Below the pieces are notes generated by a model. It did not search any database, was not told the origin of the DNA, and worked only from the letters and a program-made list of their open reading frames with translations. 64,000 nt of DNA from Podarcis cretensis (taxonomy: Eukaryota): positions 65,844,001 to 65,908,000 of the forward strand of contig OX638159.1 of NCBI GenBank assembly GCA_951804945.1, given 5' to 3'. Positions within the stretch are counted from its first letter, which is position 1. Each line of letters begins with the position of its first letter. Position numbers and translations under genes: made by a program. Shown here piece after piece: positions 13,576 through 26,919 of this stretch.

Positions 13576-14531
13576 GGCTTGTTGCCACATTGCTAATTTG
13601 TGGGTCCTGCCCATAAGTCCCTCAGCCCCACATTGGAGGCAGCACCAAAGGCATCGTAGTGGATGTGGCATTTTCTGTGGGTGCTTGAAATGCACTTATT
13701 ATTGTTGCTTATTAAATAATAATGTGTATTTTGCTTTTTCTGCTTCTCCTGCGTATGTCACTTTGCCCCGTGTTTTGGAAAGGAATGGAAGCAGGTGAAT
13801 GGCATGACAGATGTAGGTTAATACACTGCCAAGTCAGCAAGATACTTGTTCTGCTGTAGGCTATACACTCTCTCCTGCAGTGTGGCAGAAGCTGGGGTAG
13901 GGAGACAAAATCAGCTGGTACCAAGTGCTGAACTTCTCTTTCAAATCCGTCTTGACGAGGGCAGATGCTTCTGTGTAGTATGACGGCTGCTAACATGATT
14001 CACGGAATAATCCGGATCAGCACAGTGTCTGAATTGGGGTCTGGCTGAGAGGTGCACCGATGCCCCCTGAGCTTTCCTGATGGCCAGGTGAATCCCTTTC
14101 AGCCTAGCAGAATCCCCAAACTCTTTTTGTTGCAGAGCTCTTCAGGCACCCAGCATAGAGGTCCTTTTAAAGACATAAGACCCTTTTTGTAAGTCACAGA
14201 GTTTTGGGCATTCTCACCATCAGTTTTACAAACTCCAAGGCTTAACTATTTTAACCTTAAAAGGTATTTAAAAGAAGAAGAAAAGTATCTCTGCATAGAA
14301 GATGAAAAGAGACATGAAAGTGATTACTTTGCTCCTGAAATTGGCATATAAGTGTAGGAGGCATATACCTTGAGTTACAGTATTAGGAAAATGCCAAAAT
14401 TTGATCTACAGTTTCACCATAATGCTTTCTTAGAGAGGTATAAAGTGGCCATTTTGATCACCAAGTCTCTTATGTAGAGTTATTTGGGCCAGGCTAGGCC
14501 CACCTTCAAATCTCTGATTCTTTCCTGAACT

Positions 14532-14885
14532 GGTAAAGGTAAAGGACCCCTGGATGGTTAAGTCTAGTCAAAGGTGACTATGGGGTGTGGCACTCATCTT
14601 GCTTCAGGCCAAGGGAGCCGGCATTTGTCCACAGACAGCTTTCCAGGTCATCTGGCCAGCATGACTAAACCACTTCTGGCGCAACGGGACACCATGATGG
14701 AAGCCAGAGTGCACGGAAATGCCATTTACCTCCCCGCTGCAGTGGTACCTATTTATCTACTTGAACTGGTGTGCTTTCAAACTGCCAGGTTGGCAGAAGC
14801 TGGGACACAGCAACGGGAGCTCACCCTGTTGCAGGGATTTGAAACGCCAACCTGATTGGCAAGCCCAAGAGGCTCAGCGCCAACC
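14532..14885 (-). mobile_element. Sauria SINE (older copy)
   Basis: GGTAAAGGTAAAGG = reverse of the (ACCTTT)n tail; GTACCTATTTATCTACTTG core; homologous to the copy at 50611. Confidence 0.85.
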
Positions 14886-17800
14886 ATGTACCCCTTTCCT
14901 GAACCCGTGCACCTTTAAGCCAGTGATGAAGAACTAAGCTCTTGTGTTTGTCAATTTCCCATAGGAATAGCTGGTGGACCACGGAGAATCAATTTCCTAA
15001 AGCAGGTAGATTAATTGGGGGAAAGCTCTGAGCTAATGTGAATTACAAAAAGCAGTTAACAGGCTTAGCTGAATCGGTTGCCCAAGAGATGACTGACACC
15101 CAACTCATTGAGAGCTCTAGCCGTGGCCCAACTGTTTGAGAAGGAGGAGGGCAACAGAGATGGCAAGAGCTCTCCCGACCAAGAAAAAGATAGACAAAGG
15201 TGCAGAATTGTTTTTGTTGCCCCACCAGCTGGATTTCAACTAAATACTAGGATGAGCTGGTGGCGTGAGCTGCCTTGAGTGCGAGAGGCTGCCTTGGAAG
15301 GAAGGTGATGGACTGTCCTTGGTCAGGAGCTGCCAGGAAGCAAAGCCTCTGCCTTACGAAGAACATCGGGCCTGGCAAAGATTAAACCTGCTTGCTGTTT
15401 GTTAGGTGAAACGATGAGCATCCCTGATAACTCCAATGCTTGTAGCTTCTGTTTATTTACATGGATGCCTGGCTTTTCTTCCCTCCTGGAAGGCACCGTG
15501 CTTTGGTGGGAAATTTCACAGACCGTCTCCCCTCCAGATACTGGCCAGACTCAGACCAACGTCAGCTATAAACTCCCCCAGGAGCCCAGACGACGAGTGA
15601 TTGATGAAGGGCCCAAAAGCAGAAATGCAACCTAGGTGTGCTCAGAGACCACTAATCTCCGTGGAAAAAAGGGAGTGGGAAGCCTCCCGCTGCTTGTCGG
15701 ATTAAACGGGTATTCTTGCAGCCGTGATGAGGCAAGGTGCTGAAGCTCATTTGGGAAGGCTGTGTGCCTTCTCTGCCTGAGTTGTCTCCAGACCTGCTGT
15801 GCTGTGTTCCTGTGAGCAGGTTTTGCTCGTTAAGTTTGATTAGGGGCTGCCTGCACTCTGCCTGCGGCTCCGACAGACCCACCTCGGCTTCCAGGGAGGA
15901 ATGACTAATCGGCGCAGCTTCAAGACAGAAAGGGAGATGATAGTTTTCTGAGAGTCCCTCTCTGGGAACATGGCAGCAGCATTCAGCCCTTTGGATTCCA
16001 CACAGCCTCCAGCCTTTGCTGTGGTCTCTCCCAGCTCCCCTCTCGATCCTGGCACCATTGAGCCTTCTTTGTAGCATTTATTGGAAGGTGTTGGTCTCTC
16101 CAGAAGATCTGAGTCATTTTACAAGGGGGCCTTAGCCAAGCGGGAGGGGGAAGCAAGAAGTATTTCTTGTAAGCTGGACTAGCAACAGAGATGCTTTTGG
16201 GCATTTCTCTGCAGAGGTTTGTGTGGCTGGTTTGTAGCTTTTAAACCCAAAGGAACATCATGTCTTCAGGCTCCTCTCACTGGCATGTGGGTGGGTGGCT
16301 GGAACAAAACAGCCCTGGGTGCTTTGAAGACCCTTATTTCAAAGGTCTCCTCTTTGCTTTCTTCACAACCCGTTATAAAAGTATAGATGTGGGATCAATG
16401 GCAGTCCAGCTGGCTTCCTGTGCTGCTGGGATGTCGTGCTATGCGATAACTTTTTAGTTTTAGTCACAGGGTTTTGGGAAATAAGCCAACACAAGGCTTT
16501 GGAGGAGAGCAGCAAAGATGAGAAATGTTTTCTGTGCCTGACTAGGATGGGGAAAGTCCAGCTAGGAAGAGAAAAGTTGGTGCATCCCAGAGGGTGGGGA
16601 AGCTGCTGCTGACCAGAGTCAAGGCGTTTAAAGTTCTGGATTCAAACTCGGGCTTGAGCTGGGGCACAGCTGAGTGGCAGGTCCAAATTCGATTCCTGTC
16701 ACCTCAGTTGAAAAGGATTTTGGGTGGCAGTGCTGTGAAAGGCCTTGGAGAGCTGAGCAGCCTGATTTCGCCTAAGGAGGCTTTGTGCGTTCAGCTGGCT
16801 CACAGAAGGTGGGATCTCTTTCCCCATGAGATGCTTCGAAGAAGAGACTAGCAATTCCATGGTTCATTTTGTGAGACTGAGGAATCCAGCCATTGCAGGC
16901 CTGGCAGGACCTTACAGACCCAACAGATGCATTCCCTCTTCAGACTGTTGAAAACCAGGGGCCCAGTTTTAGTAAGCCAGTAACCAATTTAATACTTGCT
17001 CATAGAACCTCCCCAGCCTTGTTTTGTTAAATGTTTTGTGATGGCTCTTTGAGGTGTTGGCAAACGTATTACTAAAATGTGACATGGCTGAGATGAAAGA
17101 CTCCGTGTTGGTGAAGGACTTGTCAAACAATTTACTATCGTTGTGTGAATTTATATGACCTATAAAAAGCTTAAGCAAGCATATTTTTTTTAACCTCTCC
17201 TTCCCCTTTCCTAAAGAAACCCCCAAACCAAACAAACCTGCTATTAATATTTGCTGCTGATCTAGCCCGGTAAGATGAAACGCTCATGCCCCAATTGTGT
17301 GCTAAGTCATTAGTTTCCTGCACTGTGGATTCCGGTAAAGCCTCTCCCAACCCAGGTTTGTTGCTCCAGATACACACCTGCCAGGAGTTTGTGAGTAGGA
17401 GGACCATCCACCTCTCCTCCGCCACTGCCGAAATACTGACCTTCCAGTTCCTGGAATGGTCTTCCAGTTGTCCATTTTTGCCAAATCTCGAAAAGCACAT
17501 CATATTAAAACAGCTCGGCCATAGGAAAGACAAGAGAAGAAGCTGCTCTTTCAAGAGAGCATCAGAAACACTTGCAAATATTCCCTGGGAAAGGGAGCCC
17601 ATGAGTGGAGGGTCCTTAATGCCTGGGTCTGTGTTGGGAAGCAGGGAATGGAAGTGAGGTGGCAGTTCTGTATTTTTTCATGCTGTTTTGATTTTAAATT
17701 GTATCTGGATTTTTAATCTGTATTTCTGTTCCGGGAAACGACTTTGAGACCCTTGGTGAGAAATCTAAATTTTAAATAAGTATTGGAGATGGTGTCTTTG

Positions 17801-18910
17801 CAAACAAAAACAGTAGACTGTTACAAGTAGTAAATAGTGGTGGTAACTGGAGTAATAAAAGGTTCACACTGTGATAACATTCAGTCATAGGTTTTATTTT
17901 CACTTCTGTAAGGTTATTTTGGCACAAAGAAAAAAAATATGAAAGAACCACCTCCCTCTTTATTTTAGGGTTCACCCCAATTGAAAATTGTTTATGAATA
18001 GGTTTAAACTGTGTCGGGAGACCTCCCTGAAGGCAGAGTTAGAAATTAAGGGCCAGTTTTCACAATGGAGATACACAGAGCAGATTCCTCCCAGGATCTG
18101 TATTTTGATCTGTCTAATTTACTCCTAAAAGGAACTGTCATCATTTGGTGTTTGGTGGTGGCTTGGGATGAAGAGAAGAAAAGCACTGCACACAAATCAC
18201 GGCTGAATTTTGGAGTTCCCCACCACCACATGAGCAATAGCTCCGAAGGCTTTGGCAGTAGATCAGACAAATGTGCAGAGAATAGGTTTATCATGACTTT
18301 TCAATTAACTTCAAGCCCTGCTGGTGAGTTTCCAAGGGGCTCTGGCTGGCCATTGCTGAATGTTTTGAGCTTCCCCACAAAGGCAGTGCTCATGTAGGGA
18401 TGGGAACAGAAAGGTCATGAGTTGGTGGGAGAATGAAAAGTGAGGACTTGGAGGGGCTGAGGTGAAGGGATCAGGGTGGGGAGATGGAACGAGTGCAAGG
18501 GGTGTTGCACTGGGGCAGAAGGGGCTTCCTTAAGATGGTAACACTGGACAAGTGGATTTGCCATTTCAACACTTCACTAAAAAAAAAGTGTTGTTTTCTG
18601 CTGAATGAATGGCTGTACAGTGACCTACCTAATGTGGGCAGGGTCTGCTTAAGGCATGGGCTGTCCATTAATTCAAAGATTGACTTGGCAATCTTCAATA
18701 TTCATGTACAATTTTCCATCTTCTCACAAGTTAAGAAGTCCTCAACAGGTGGTAAGTTGCTGAAAAATGTAGGATATTGTCATGGCAAAAATAAACATGT
18801 TTTAAATTTTAAACTTCTGCCCAGCAAACATATCATCAAACCCTTCTCACTTGTCATATTTATCTATACTTTTTCCATTCCTATTTTTTGCTTCCATTTG
18901 TTGCATGCAG

Positions 18911-18946
18911 GCAGCTGGAGTTATTTCGGATGGGGAGAAGAGCAGA
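18911..18946 (+). CDS. UNC13B: UNC13B 36-nt cassette microexon (phase 1-1)
   Basis: Long pyrimidine tract, ttgcatgcag acceptor, A|gtatgt donor; gives C-SWSYFGWGEEQ-T between ...ASQC and FEDQDS..., homologous to the CNWNYFGWGEQH segment of Munc13-1. Confidence 0.88.
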
Positions 18947-20430
18947 GTATGTAACACTTTAATAATAATTTCTTTCTAGTTCTCCGGTTCAGAATTGCTT
19001 CCCCATGCTCCAGGCTGAGGATATCTCGGGTATTCATGCATAAGAGTGAAATGCAATCGACCTTCTGCTATTTTTTACTTTGTTGAATTCCGTTATTGTG
19101 TGTGCCCATCCTACCACGCCTCTCCCTTGCAATGTGAACTAATGAATGGTACCTTAGAATAGGGATGTTCTCTTGCCTGGTGCCTTTGAGGGCCACGGGG
19201 CGTCCCCGATAACCCCCAACACAGCAGTTGCTATGGGTCTGAGAAGCAGAAGCTGCTCTGTCCCTTTTGTTCCCAATTGTGAAAAACAAAAATGGCTATT
19301 GAGCATAAAAGGGCAGGCTGCTGATCCATCAGGAAAGGTCTAGAGTATGTCCTGTTTCTCAGGATCAGGAAAAATGCTGCTCTCCCCCCGGGGGAAGCGG
19401 CTTCAGCCCTGGTCCTCCTTCATGTGCCCAGTGCTTGTATGCATTTCTCCTTCTGTTTGTCATGTGCCCCTCCTCATTAACTCTAGGCCCCTCTCCCCCC
19501 TTTTCAGGTAGATAAGACACCTGTCCATGTTGCAAATTTTTGGTGAAGCTTCAGTTTCCCAGTGTTGCCCAATTGCACCGTGAAGAGCGCCTGGGGCTTT
19601 GCTTTCTTGCCCTGCCACCTTCCTCCGAGTAGGAACTTGTGCCTTTCCCACCAGATGGGTCTTCAAATGCCAGGGTGGGGGGAGGAAGCCAGCAGGCTCA
19701 GCCTTCCCTGCCTCCCGCTTGCTCTTTTGAAAGTCAGATTGGTGTGTGGCATTTGCCAAAGTGACAGGCGGGCTCTCCTCCTCCTACCCGTATACCTTCC
19801 AGAGCAGTGAGAGGTTTTCACAAAGAATAACAATCTCGCAGTCGAGGAGGTTCCCCCCCCCCCCTTCCTGAGATCACATAATCCCAACCTCGCCCTCTGG
19901 GCTGATTAACTCGGTGCTGTGGGCAGATTGTGGAGGCCACTCTGATGCAAAGCCCTGTGAGTGGTGACATTTGCCGGTGCTGAGGAGCCTGTGCCTCTTT
20001 CCTCTACACTGTCTGGCACCGGTGTCCCCATTAATACAGACCGCTGGCCCTTTGGGAGTTTCCTGAGGAATCTGCTCTGCTGAGTTGAGGAGGAAGATTA
20101 ATTCTCTAGCAGGTTGTTGTCAAGTGGTGATCTCAAAGCAAGAGGCTTGTGGAGTTGAAACCCCCACTTGCCAGGTGTGTGCATCTTGGGGGTCCCAGGT
20201 GGCACGAGGCTTGGCCAGTGGGCCTCTTCTGCGCAAGGCTTTAACACAGGGTGTGCCCATCTGCACCTTCCCTTTTGTTTCTGCCCTTCTCTTTCACAAA
20301 GCATTCGGAGGTGCTGTGAGTTTAGCGTTGGTTCCCTGGAGCTGCTGGAGATTTCTCCCAGCCAGTGTTTCCTCAGTACGATGGGGGGACATGTGCAAAA
20401 TGTCCTGCAGCCCGTTCAGTAGCCTCTATT

Positions 20431-20829
20431 AGAATCATAGAATCATAGAGTTGGAAGAGACCACAAGGGCCATCGAGTCCCACCCCTGCCAAGCAGGAAA
20501 CACCATCAGAGCACTCCTGACATATGGTTGTCAAGCCTCTGCTTAAAGACCTCCAAAGAAGGAGACTCCACCACACTCCTTGGCAGCAAATTCCACTGTC
20601 AAACAGCTCTTACTGTCAGGAAGTTCTTCCTAATGTTTAGGTGGAATCTTTTTTCTTGTAGTTTGGAACCATTGCCCTGTGTCCGCTTCTCTGGAGCAGC
20701 AGAAAACAACCTTTCTCCCTCCTCTATGTGACATCCTTTTATATATTTGAACATGGCTATCATATCAGCCCTTAACCTCCTCTTCTCCAGGCTAAACATG
20801 CCCAGCTCCCTTAGCCATTCTTCATAAGA
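20431..20829 (-). mobile_element. CR1 LINE 3' fragment (young)
   Basis: - strand encodes YEEWLRELGMFSLEKRRLRADMIAMFKYIKG...VESPSLEVFKQRLD; (ATTCTATG)n tail. Confidence 0.92.
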
Positions 20830-21294
20830 GCAGAGCAGATTTCCTCCCAGGCGGCAGCAGCAGCAGCGGGAAGGTACAGGGCAGGCTGCTTCTGTTTTTC
20901 CAACAAACATCAGATGAGGAATGGGCAAGCCCTCTATTTCTGGGGAAGCTCTTATCTTTTTTGACAGGATCTACTTTTGTTGACTGCCACGTTGAGACAA
21001 GGCTTTTGGCGTGGAGTCGCACTCATCTTGAATGCCTGCTGTTCTCTTGTGGAAGAGAAGACGCTTAAAACTCACATTCACACTCAGCTCTCCCACTCAT
21101 CCCACCTTGACATTCACTTGCCTGGATTTCAGGAGGGATTTTATTTTTTTAAAAAAACCTTTCTTAAAGGCTAATGGGGGAGTAATTAGGTTTTCAGTCT
21201 CCTTTTTCATGTGAAAGGCAGCCTTCCCTTGCTTTGGAGAAAAGCAGTAGGAGAAGACGTAAATGTCTGGCCATAGAATTCTCACAAGCCCTTT

Positions 21295-21295
<1 letters not shown>

Positions 21296-21343
<48 letters not shown>
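21296..21343. repeat. (AAT)n microsatellite
   Basis: Direct read. Confidence 0.95.
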
Positions 21344-21347
<4 letters not shown>

Positions 21348-21633
21348 TAAAATTAATAGGGAAGCCATAGCCAGAGACCCACCCTCTCTTTTCACTCAAC
21401 ACCTTTTGCTCTTTTAATATGAGCAGAAGACTGTCTTTCCCAGTAAACCTTTAAAAGATCTTGTTGCATTGTGCCTCTGTGTTGTGAAATGTGTTTCAAA
21501 GATTTGTTGTTCATGAGACATTTGGACCTTTTAAAGAGAAGATGTTCCACCAGCCCCTCTCACAATAAGTGCTGTTCCAGTGCTTGCTGGCAAGGTTCCA
21601 GGATCAATAAACTGTTGGACTGTAGAAAAGCTG

Positions 21634-21635
<2 letters not shown>

Positions 21636-21669
<34 letters not shown>
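21636..21669. repeat. (CT)n microsatellite
   Basis: Direct read. Confidence 0.95.
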
Positions 21670-21673
<4 letters not shown>

Positions 21674-21748
21674 ATTTGTCAGTTATTTTGAGAACACGTT
21701 CCCTGCAAGTTTTGTCTCCTCTGCCTGGCTCCTCACCCTCCTCATGCA

Positions 21749-21897
21749 GGTGGAGTCTCCTTCTTTGGAGGTCTTTAAGCAGAGGCTTGACAACCATATG
21801 TCAGGAGTGCTCTGATGGTGTTTCCTGCTTGGCAGGGGGTGGGACTCGATGGCCCTTGTGGTCTCTTCCAACTCTATGATTCTAGGATTCTATGATT
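21749..21897 (+). mobile_element. CR1 3' end, inverted near-identical partner of 20431-20572
   Basis: Reverse complement matches 20431-20572 almost perfectly. Confidence 0.9.
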
Positions 21898-21923
21898 AGC
21901 TGGGCAGTCAGGCCTGGGGTGGT

Positions 21924-21998
21924 GGCAAGGGACACAAACTCGGGCACAACAAATCAAAGGGCAAGAGACACAAACTTGAGCACAACAAATCAAAGGGC
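21924..21998. repeat. 36-bp tandem duplication
   Basis: GGCAAGRGACACAAACTYGRGCACAACAAATCAAAG x2. Confidence 0.85.
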
Positions 21999-22453
21999 TT
22001 GTGAAAATGGACAGTATTCTGAGACTAGAGCCATGCTTTGTGCTTAGAAAATGACTTGGGATTCCCTCTCCCTCCAGCTCTGGTTGGAGGGGCCTTTCCT
22101 TCCTTTAGTTGCTACTCTAACCTCTTCATCCCTCTTTCTCTTTGCTTCCTCTCTTCCCCCAGCCCAGACTCTAGGTGGTAGTAGCACCCTGGTGAGCATG
22201 CCGCTGTGGGATGTGAGCCTCTGAGCCCTTCTTCGTTCTAGACTGTGCATGAATACCACGTGGTCTCGCAAAATGGAGCATGCCTCTCTCCCCTCCCCAG
22301 ACCTAGTTCATTCTTCAGAGCTGCTTGTGTGAAACTGTTCATCCAGGTTGGGGTGAGGGCAGAAAAAGTCTTTGCCTGGCGTGAGATGCTGGTGGAGACA
22401 GGGGCTTGAGCGTCAGACAATTCAGTGATTCTTCTATTGGGGGAGACTGTTTT

Positions 22454-22539
22454 GAAGCCAGAATGGAGGCACTTGTAAAATACAAAGCATCCAGATGAAG
22501 CCAGAATGGAGGCACTTGTAAAATACAAAGCATCCAGAT
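22454..22539. repeat. Perfect 43-bp tandem duplication
   Basis: GAAGCCAGAATGGAGGCACTTGTAAAATACAAAGCATCCAGAT x2. Confidence 0.9.
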
Positions 22540-22612
22540 TGGTTTCTGCTCTATTCTTTTCGTAAACCACTTTGAGGTTTTCTACAGTTAAGCGGTACAT
22601 AATTTTTTATGA

Positions 22613-22649
<37 letters not shown>

Positions 22650-22661
22650 GTCAGTCAATCA
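22613..22661. repeat. (AATC)n microsatellite
   Basis: Direct read. Confidence 0.9.
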
Positions 22662-25349
22662 AAGCAGCACACCCAGAGCTGGTTGGGGAAGTTGTTGTCA
22701 CTCTGCCTTGTCTGAGGAATGAAAATGCAATTGGCTTCTGCGTGGGGTTTCTCATTCACTGCCCTCCACCCTCCTCCTCCTCCTCCTCCTGCCCCTCAGG
22801 ATAGTGCCTGGAATTCTCTTTTTGACACCTGCATCTCCCTCCCATGTAGGAGACCCCCCCAACCCCACAGGCATTAGATTCTTTTTCTTGGAAGAGGGGG
22901 GCCCTTCTTGGTGAAGCCTCCCTCCACCTCCTCTCCCTGCAGTTATGGTGAGGTGTTTTCACCTATTCTCAAACATTTGCTTATGTAATTAAAATACCCA
23001 TACTAGTGTTTCTTTAAAAGTAAACTTATACATTAGTTGACTGTTTTAAAATCCCAAAACAGTATACTCAGTAATTAAAAAAGAAAACCTCCATACAATA
23101 CGTGATAAAACAACATAGCCTCCTAATAAAAAAAAACAATTCTGTGGTTGCTCAGGGGTCAGTACCGCTCATCTGAAAATGCTTAGGTAGGGGAAAAGAC
23201 ACGGAAAGAATTAACATTATTGACACAGGCCTTGTTTCCAGGGGCAGAGGGCTTGTTCCACATGGCATGGCAGATGCCACCATGCTCAAAGAACCTTCTG
23301 AAGGAAGCCACACTTTAAATCAGATCAGGGTTAGCAATGAAAATCACCCCCTTGAGGTGACACATCAAATGATGGAGATGGCCTAGAAAACCTGCTGAAG
23401 GCACAGTCCTTTTAAAATAACTCCCATGGGACCCCATGAGCATGAGCGGGAGCTCTTGTTCACTCCCGTGTGGTGGCGATGGGCCCAGGAGGAGGACCTT
23501 CGCCTGGGATGATGTTCTAGAGCTGTAACTGAGCACTCAGAGCAAGACCCCCAGGCTCACTCTCACCAGGAAATCAAGGTGGAGAGCCATGGCTCAACTG
23601 CTGCAGGTTCTCTCTCAGTCTCACAAACCTGCTCAAGCACAACATGGAGCAAAACCAGGAACATTTTGGGCTTTCAGGTGGTGGTCTCATTTTGGGATAC
23701 TGCCCCTTCCTTCGCACATCAAGAAACATCCTCAAGGGGTACTTTGTTCTGCCACATTGGTTGCCTGCTCAGATACAGATGTACTTTTGAAAGGGACTTC
23801 GTCTCTCCTTTGAAGAAAGAGAGAGAAATTGATAATTGCTCTTCATTTATATTTATATTCCACCAAACAGCCAAGATAAGCACCTTCATGTGAATCCAGA
23901 AATTTTAGTGTACTGAAATTAGCCCTTTCCCCTAGCAGATGAGCAAGAATGCTTCCACCCAAGGCAGCTTAAAAAGCAGGAGATGGTGTCATTTCCAGCA
24001 TGGACAATCAAATTACTCCAGAGAAGTTGAAAGCCTGTTTGAAGTTGTTCTTGGCTAAGGATGCTTCATATTCTGTTTTTTCTTCCTTATTAAGATGCAT
24101 GTTGCAATTCCACTTAATGTCGGGGGGAGGAGCAGGCTGGCTGGGCGGGGGGCAAGGAACAGCTTGTTTCTGTAGAAACTAGCCCTTATATTGAATAAAT
24201 GGAAGAGAGTCTGGAACCAAAAGGCTTGTAAGAAGCAAGCCCTGTTCCATTTCTGGTGGGCAGTTTTGCCTGGGCTCTCCAGACCACAAATTCAAGTGAG
24301 GCAGAGGAGCTGCCAACTATACCATGCGGATGCTGGAAGAGGCGTCCGGCATCCTGGCTCAGATCTGCCCTCTTCAGACAGTGCTTCTGTTAGACTCTCC
24401 TCCCTCCGCTGCTCGGTGGTGGTTGTAGCTTGTGGGTCGATGTTGCGTAGTGACTTTCCTGCAGCCCCCCCTTTGAGCTCCACAAAAGTTGCCGGTTCTC
24501 CTTACCATTCCCACTTTGTCAACCAAAAAAGAAATACTTAAGCTGTGATCACCCTAGGCAGAGCATGAGCACTCGCAAGAACAACCTGCCAGCACATCCT
24601 GCCAGTTTGTTCCTGCTCCCCTTCCCTCTGCCCCCCAGCCCTGGGCAACTTCCTGGGAGGGACGGAGCTGCCATTCAAGCTAGAGGTTTAGTGTCCTTCC
24701 TTTCCCCTTGGACGATGTTTACTTGTTGTTTGTTTCAGTGGCCACCTTTTAAAATACTCCTAAGTAGAAATGTTGGCAATTGTGCACGCAAGGTATTTCT
24801 CTATGCACTATCACAGATGCTTTCTCCTTCCTGGCTCCCAAATGTGCCACGACTGTCCTTTCCACTAATGTTTCCTCCCCATTCCTGGTTGGAGAGATGC
24901 TGCTTAGCTGAGGGCTCCTTGGAGGAGGTCTAGGAAGAGAGGGGAGACGCAGGGCAGTGCTGCCTGCAACCCTGCCAGAGGGAGGGGAAGGAAGCCAGTA
25001 AAAAAAGCTGGCTAAGAAAATGGTTCTGCTCTGTTCTCTTTCACCAGCTATTAAACCAGGTGAATAAATAGATTCTCCTCTTCTCTTCCACCCATAATAA
25101 AGCCAGCCTTTATGGTATGATGTACTTTGGGAGGAGTTGTAGAAGAACACCTCTTCACAGGCCTCATTCGTGATGCTTAGAGAGCTAAATCTCCAGTGAG
25201 GAGCTTCCCTGGGAAGCCAAGAAGCTCTTCCTTTAGGCTGCCCTTTACTTTGTCTCATAAGACAAACAAGCTCGCTTGAAAGGTGCTTTTGTCTGAAGTG
25301 TCCCGATCTTGGACTGGGAGACGCTGCTCAACCTTCTCCTGTCTTCTAG

Positions 25350-25572
25350 CTTTTGAAGACCAGGACAGTGCTGTGGATGACAGAGACAGCGACTACCGCA
25401 GTGAGACCAGCAACAGCATTCCTCCCCAGTACCACACCACCTCGCAGCCCAATGCTTCGGTGCACCAGTTCCCCGTGGCTTCCCGCCTGCAGCAGCAGGG
25501 GGCCCCCCGAGAGTGCTGTGTGGAGTCCCTGCACGGCTATGATTTGGATTACCACGAACGAGCAGCCATCAG
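25350..25572 (+). CDS. UNC13B: UNC13B internal exon (223 nt)
   Basis: ttctag acceptor, AG|gtaggt donor; [41 protein letters not shown]...ERAAI, a hallmark Munc13-1/ubMunc13-2 segment. Confidence 0.97.
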
Positions 25573-26919
25573 GTAGGTACCCACTTGGAACCAGGGCGTT
25601 TTCTTTCCCCCAACCACAAATTTATTGGCAGGAGAAACTCACCGTAAGCTACCAAGACTGGGGCTGGCTGCTTCAGACTATCTTGTGGTCAGGTTCTTAA
25701 AAGAAAAGCCATTCTGCTGCTTCAGGGGTGACAGAAGAGCAGTGAGCAACAGCTGCCAGACACGGGTCCCGCCCCCCCCCCCCAGAATAGCCCAATGGGA
25801 GCAAAGAGAGCTTTGCAGCTGAGCCTCCTCCTTGCGAAGCAGAGCTGGTGGTAAGCAGTTCTTTTTGCTGTGGAATTTTGGGATCCCCAGGTTGTCGCCC
25901 TGAGTGACCAAGAGTGACTGACAATATGTGGACCAATTTCACTTGAGATTGCAAGGCGTGCTGCCCCTCAGGATGCCCCTCTTGCTGAGATTTGGCTTCT
26001 GTTGTCTCGCACCCATCCAGACTCCTACCATGATTGTGCAACCACCAGTCCCACACGCCACACACTTGCTTTCACTTTCCATTTTACGATACTAAGCTGT
26101 TTGAACCTTCTGTGTTGCTCTTGTCCTTCACGTCTCCCAACGTCTCCTTGCCTTTTTGAAGAAGGCGCCATAGCTTAGACTCCACTGTGAGTGGCCGAAC
26201 TGACCTGGAATCTGCATCACAGTCAAGTCAAATGACAAGCCGCCAGCTGTCATTAGAGAGCCGCCACTCACTAGAGGTGTCTGATAGGTGGGTGACCCTC
26301 TCCGAAGCCTCTGTGTCCGTGTCTCGTGACGTGGCTTTGGTCTGCTGGGGTTCCTGGGCTGGCTATCAGTCTTTGCATGAATTCATCCTCTTCCAAGTAT
26401 AGTTGCCGGCTGGCTGTTTTCTATTGCTTCTCTTGTTCCAACTGGGTTTTTGTTGCTGTTGACTTCCTCCTTAGGAAAAATGTAGAACGTTTCTATCAGC
26501 CCTCAAAAGAGAGAAGTGATGCAAATCATTAGCTTTCCTCCAAACTAGGCCTTTAAAATGTTAGATCTATCTAATTTATTCTCATATAATTACTTTGGTT
26601 TCTAATTGTCCTGTCAATACTGTAGCTGGAGTTTTTAGGATTCATGTTTCCAATTCTGACTTGCCCATCATAATCTTGTTTGTGCTGTCCACATGGTTAA
26701 TGGAAGTAACCCCAAATAATAATTGGAACAGTTCCTCATTTTGCGCCTTATCAACATGGTTGTTGTTTTTAATTTATTTACCTCTAAAGATAAACCACAA
26801 GTAAGATAATGGGTTTTTTCCTGTTTTGTCACATTGCAAATTTAATTAATTGATGCACTTTATTGTGTGCTTAGTGTAAAAACTTATTATTAGTCTGTTG
26901 CAAATGCCCCTTCTTAAAA

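Noticed and set aside
19660-20050. Repeat-free, regulatory-looking stretch as another alternative promoter
   Set aside because: No defined splice donor or motif evidence; needs conservation or CAGE data.
21924-22539. Direct repeats as a CRISPR-like array
   Set aside because: Two-copy tandem duplications with no spacers, in vertebrate intronic DNA.
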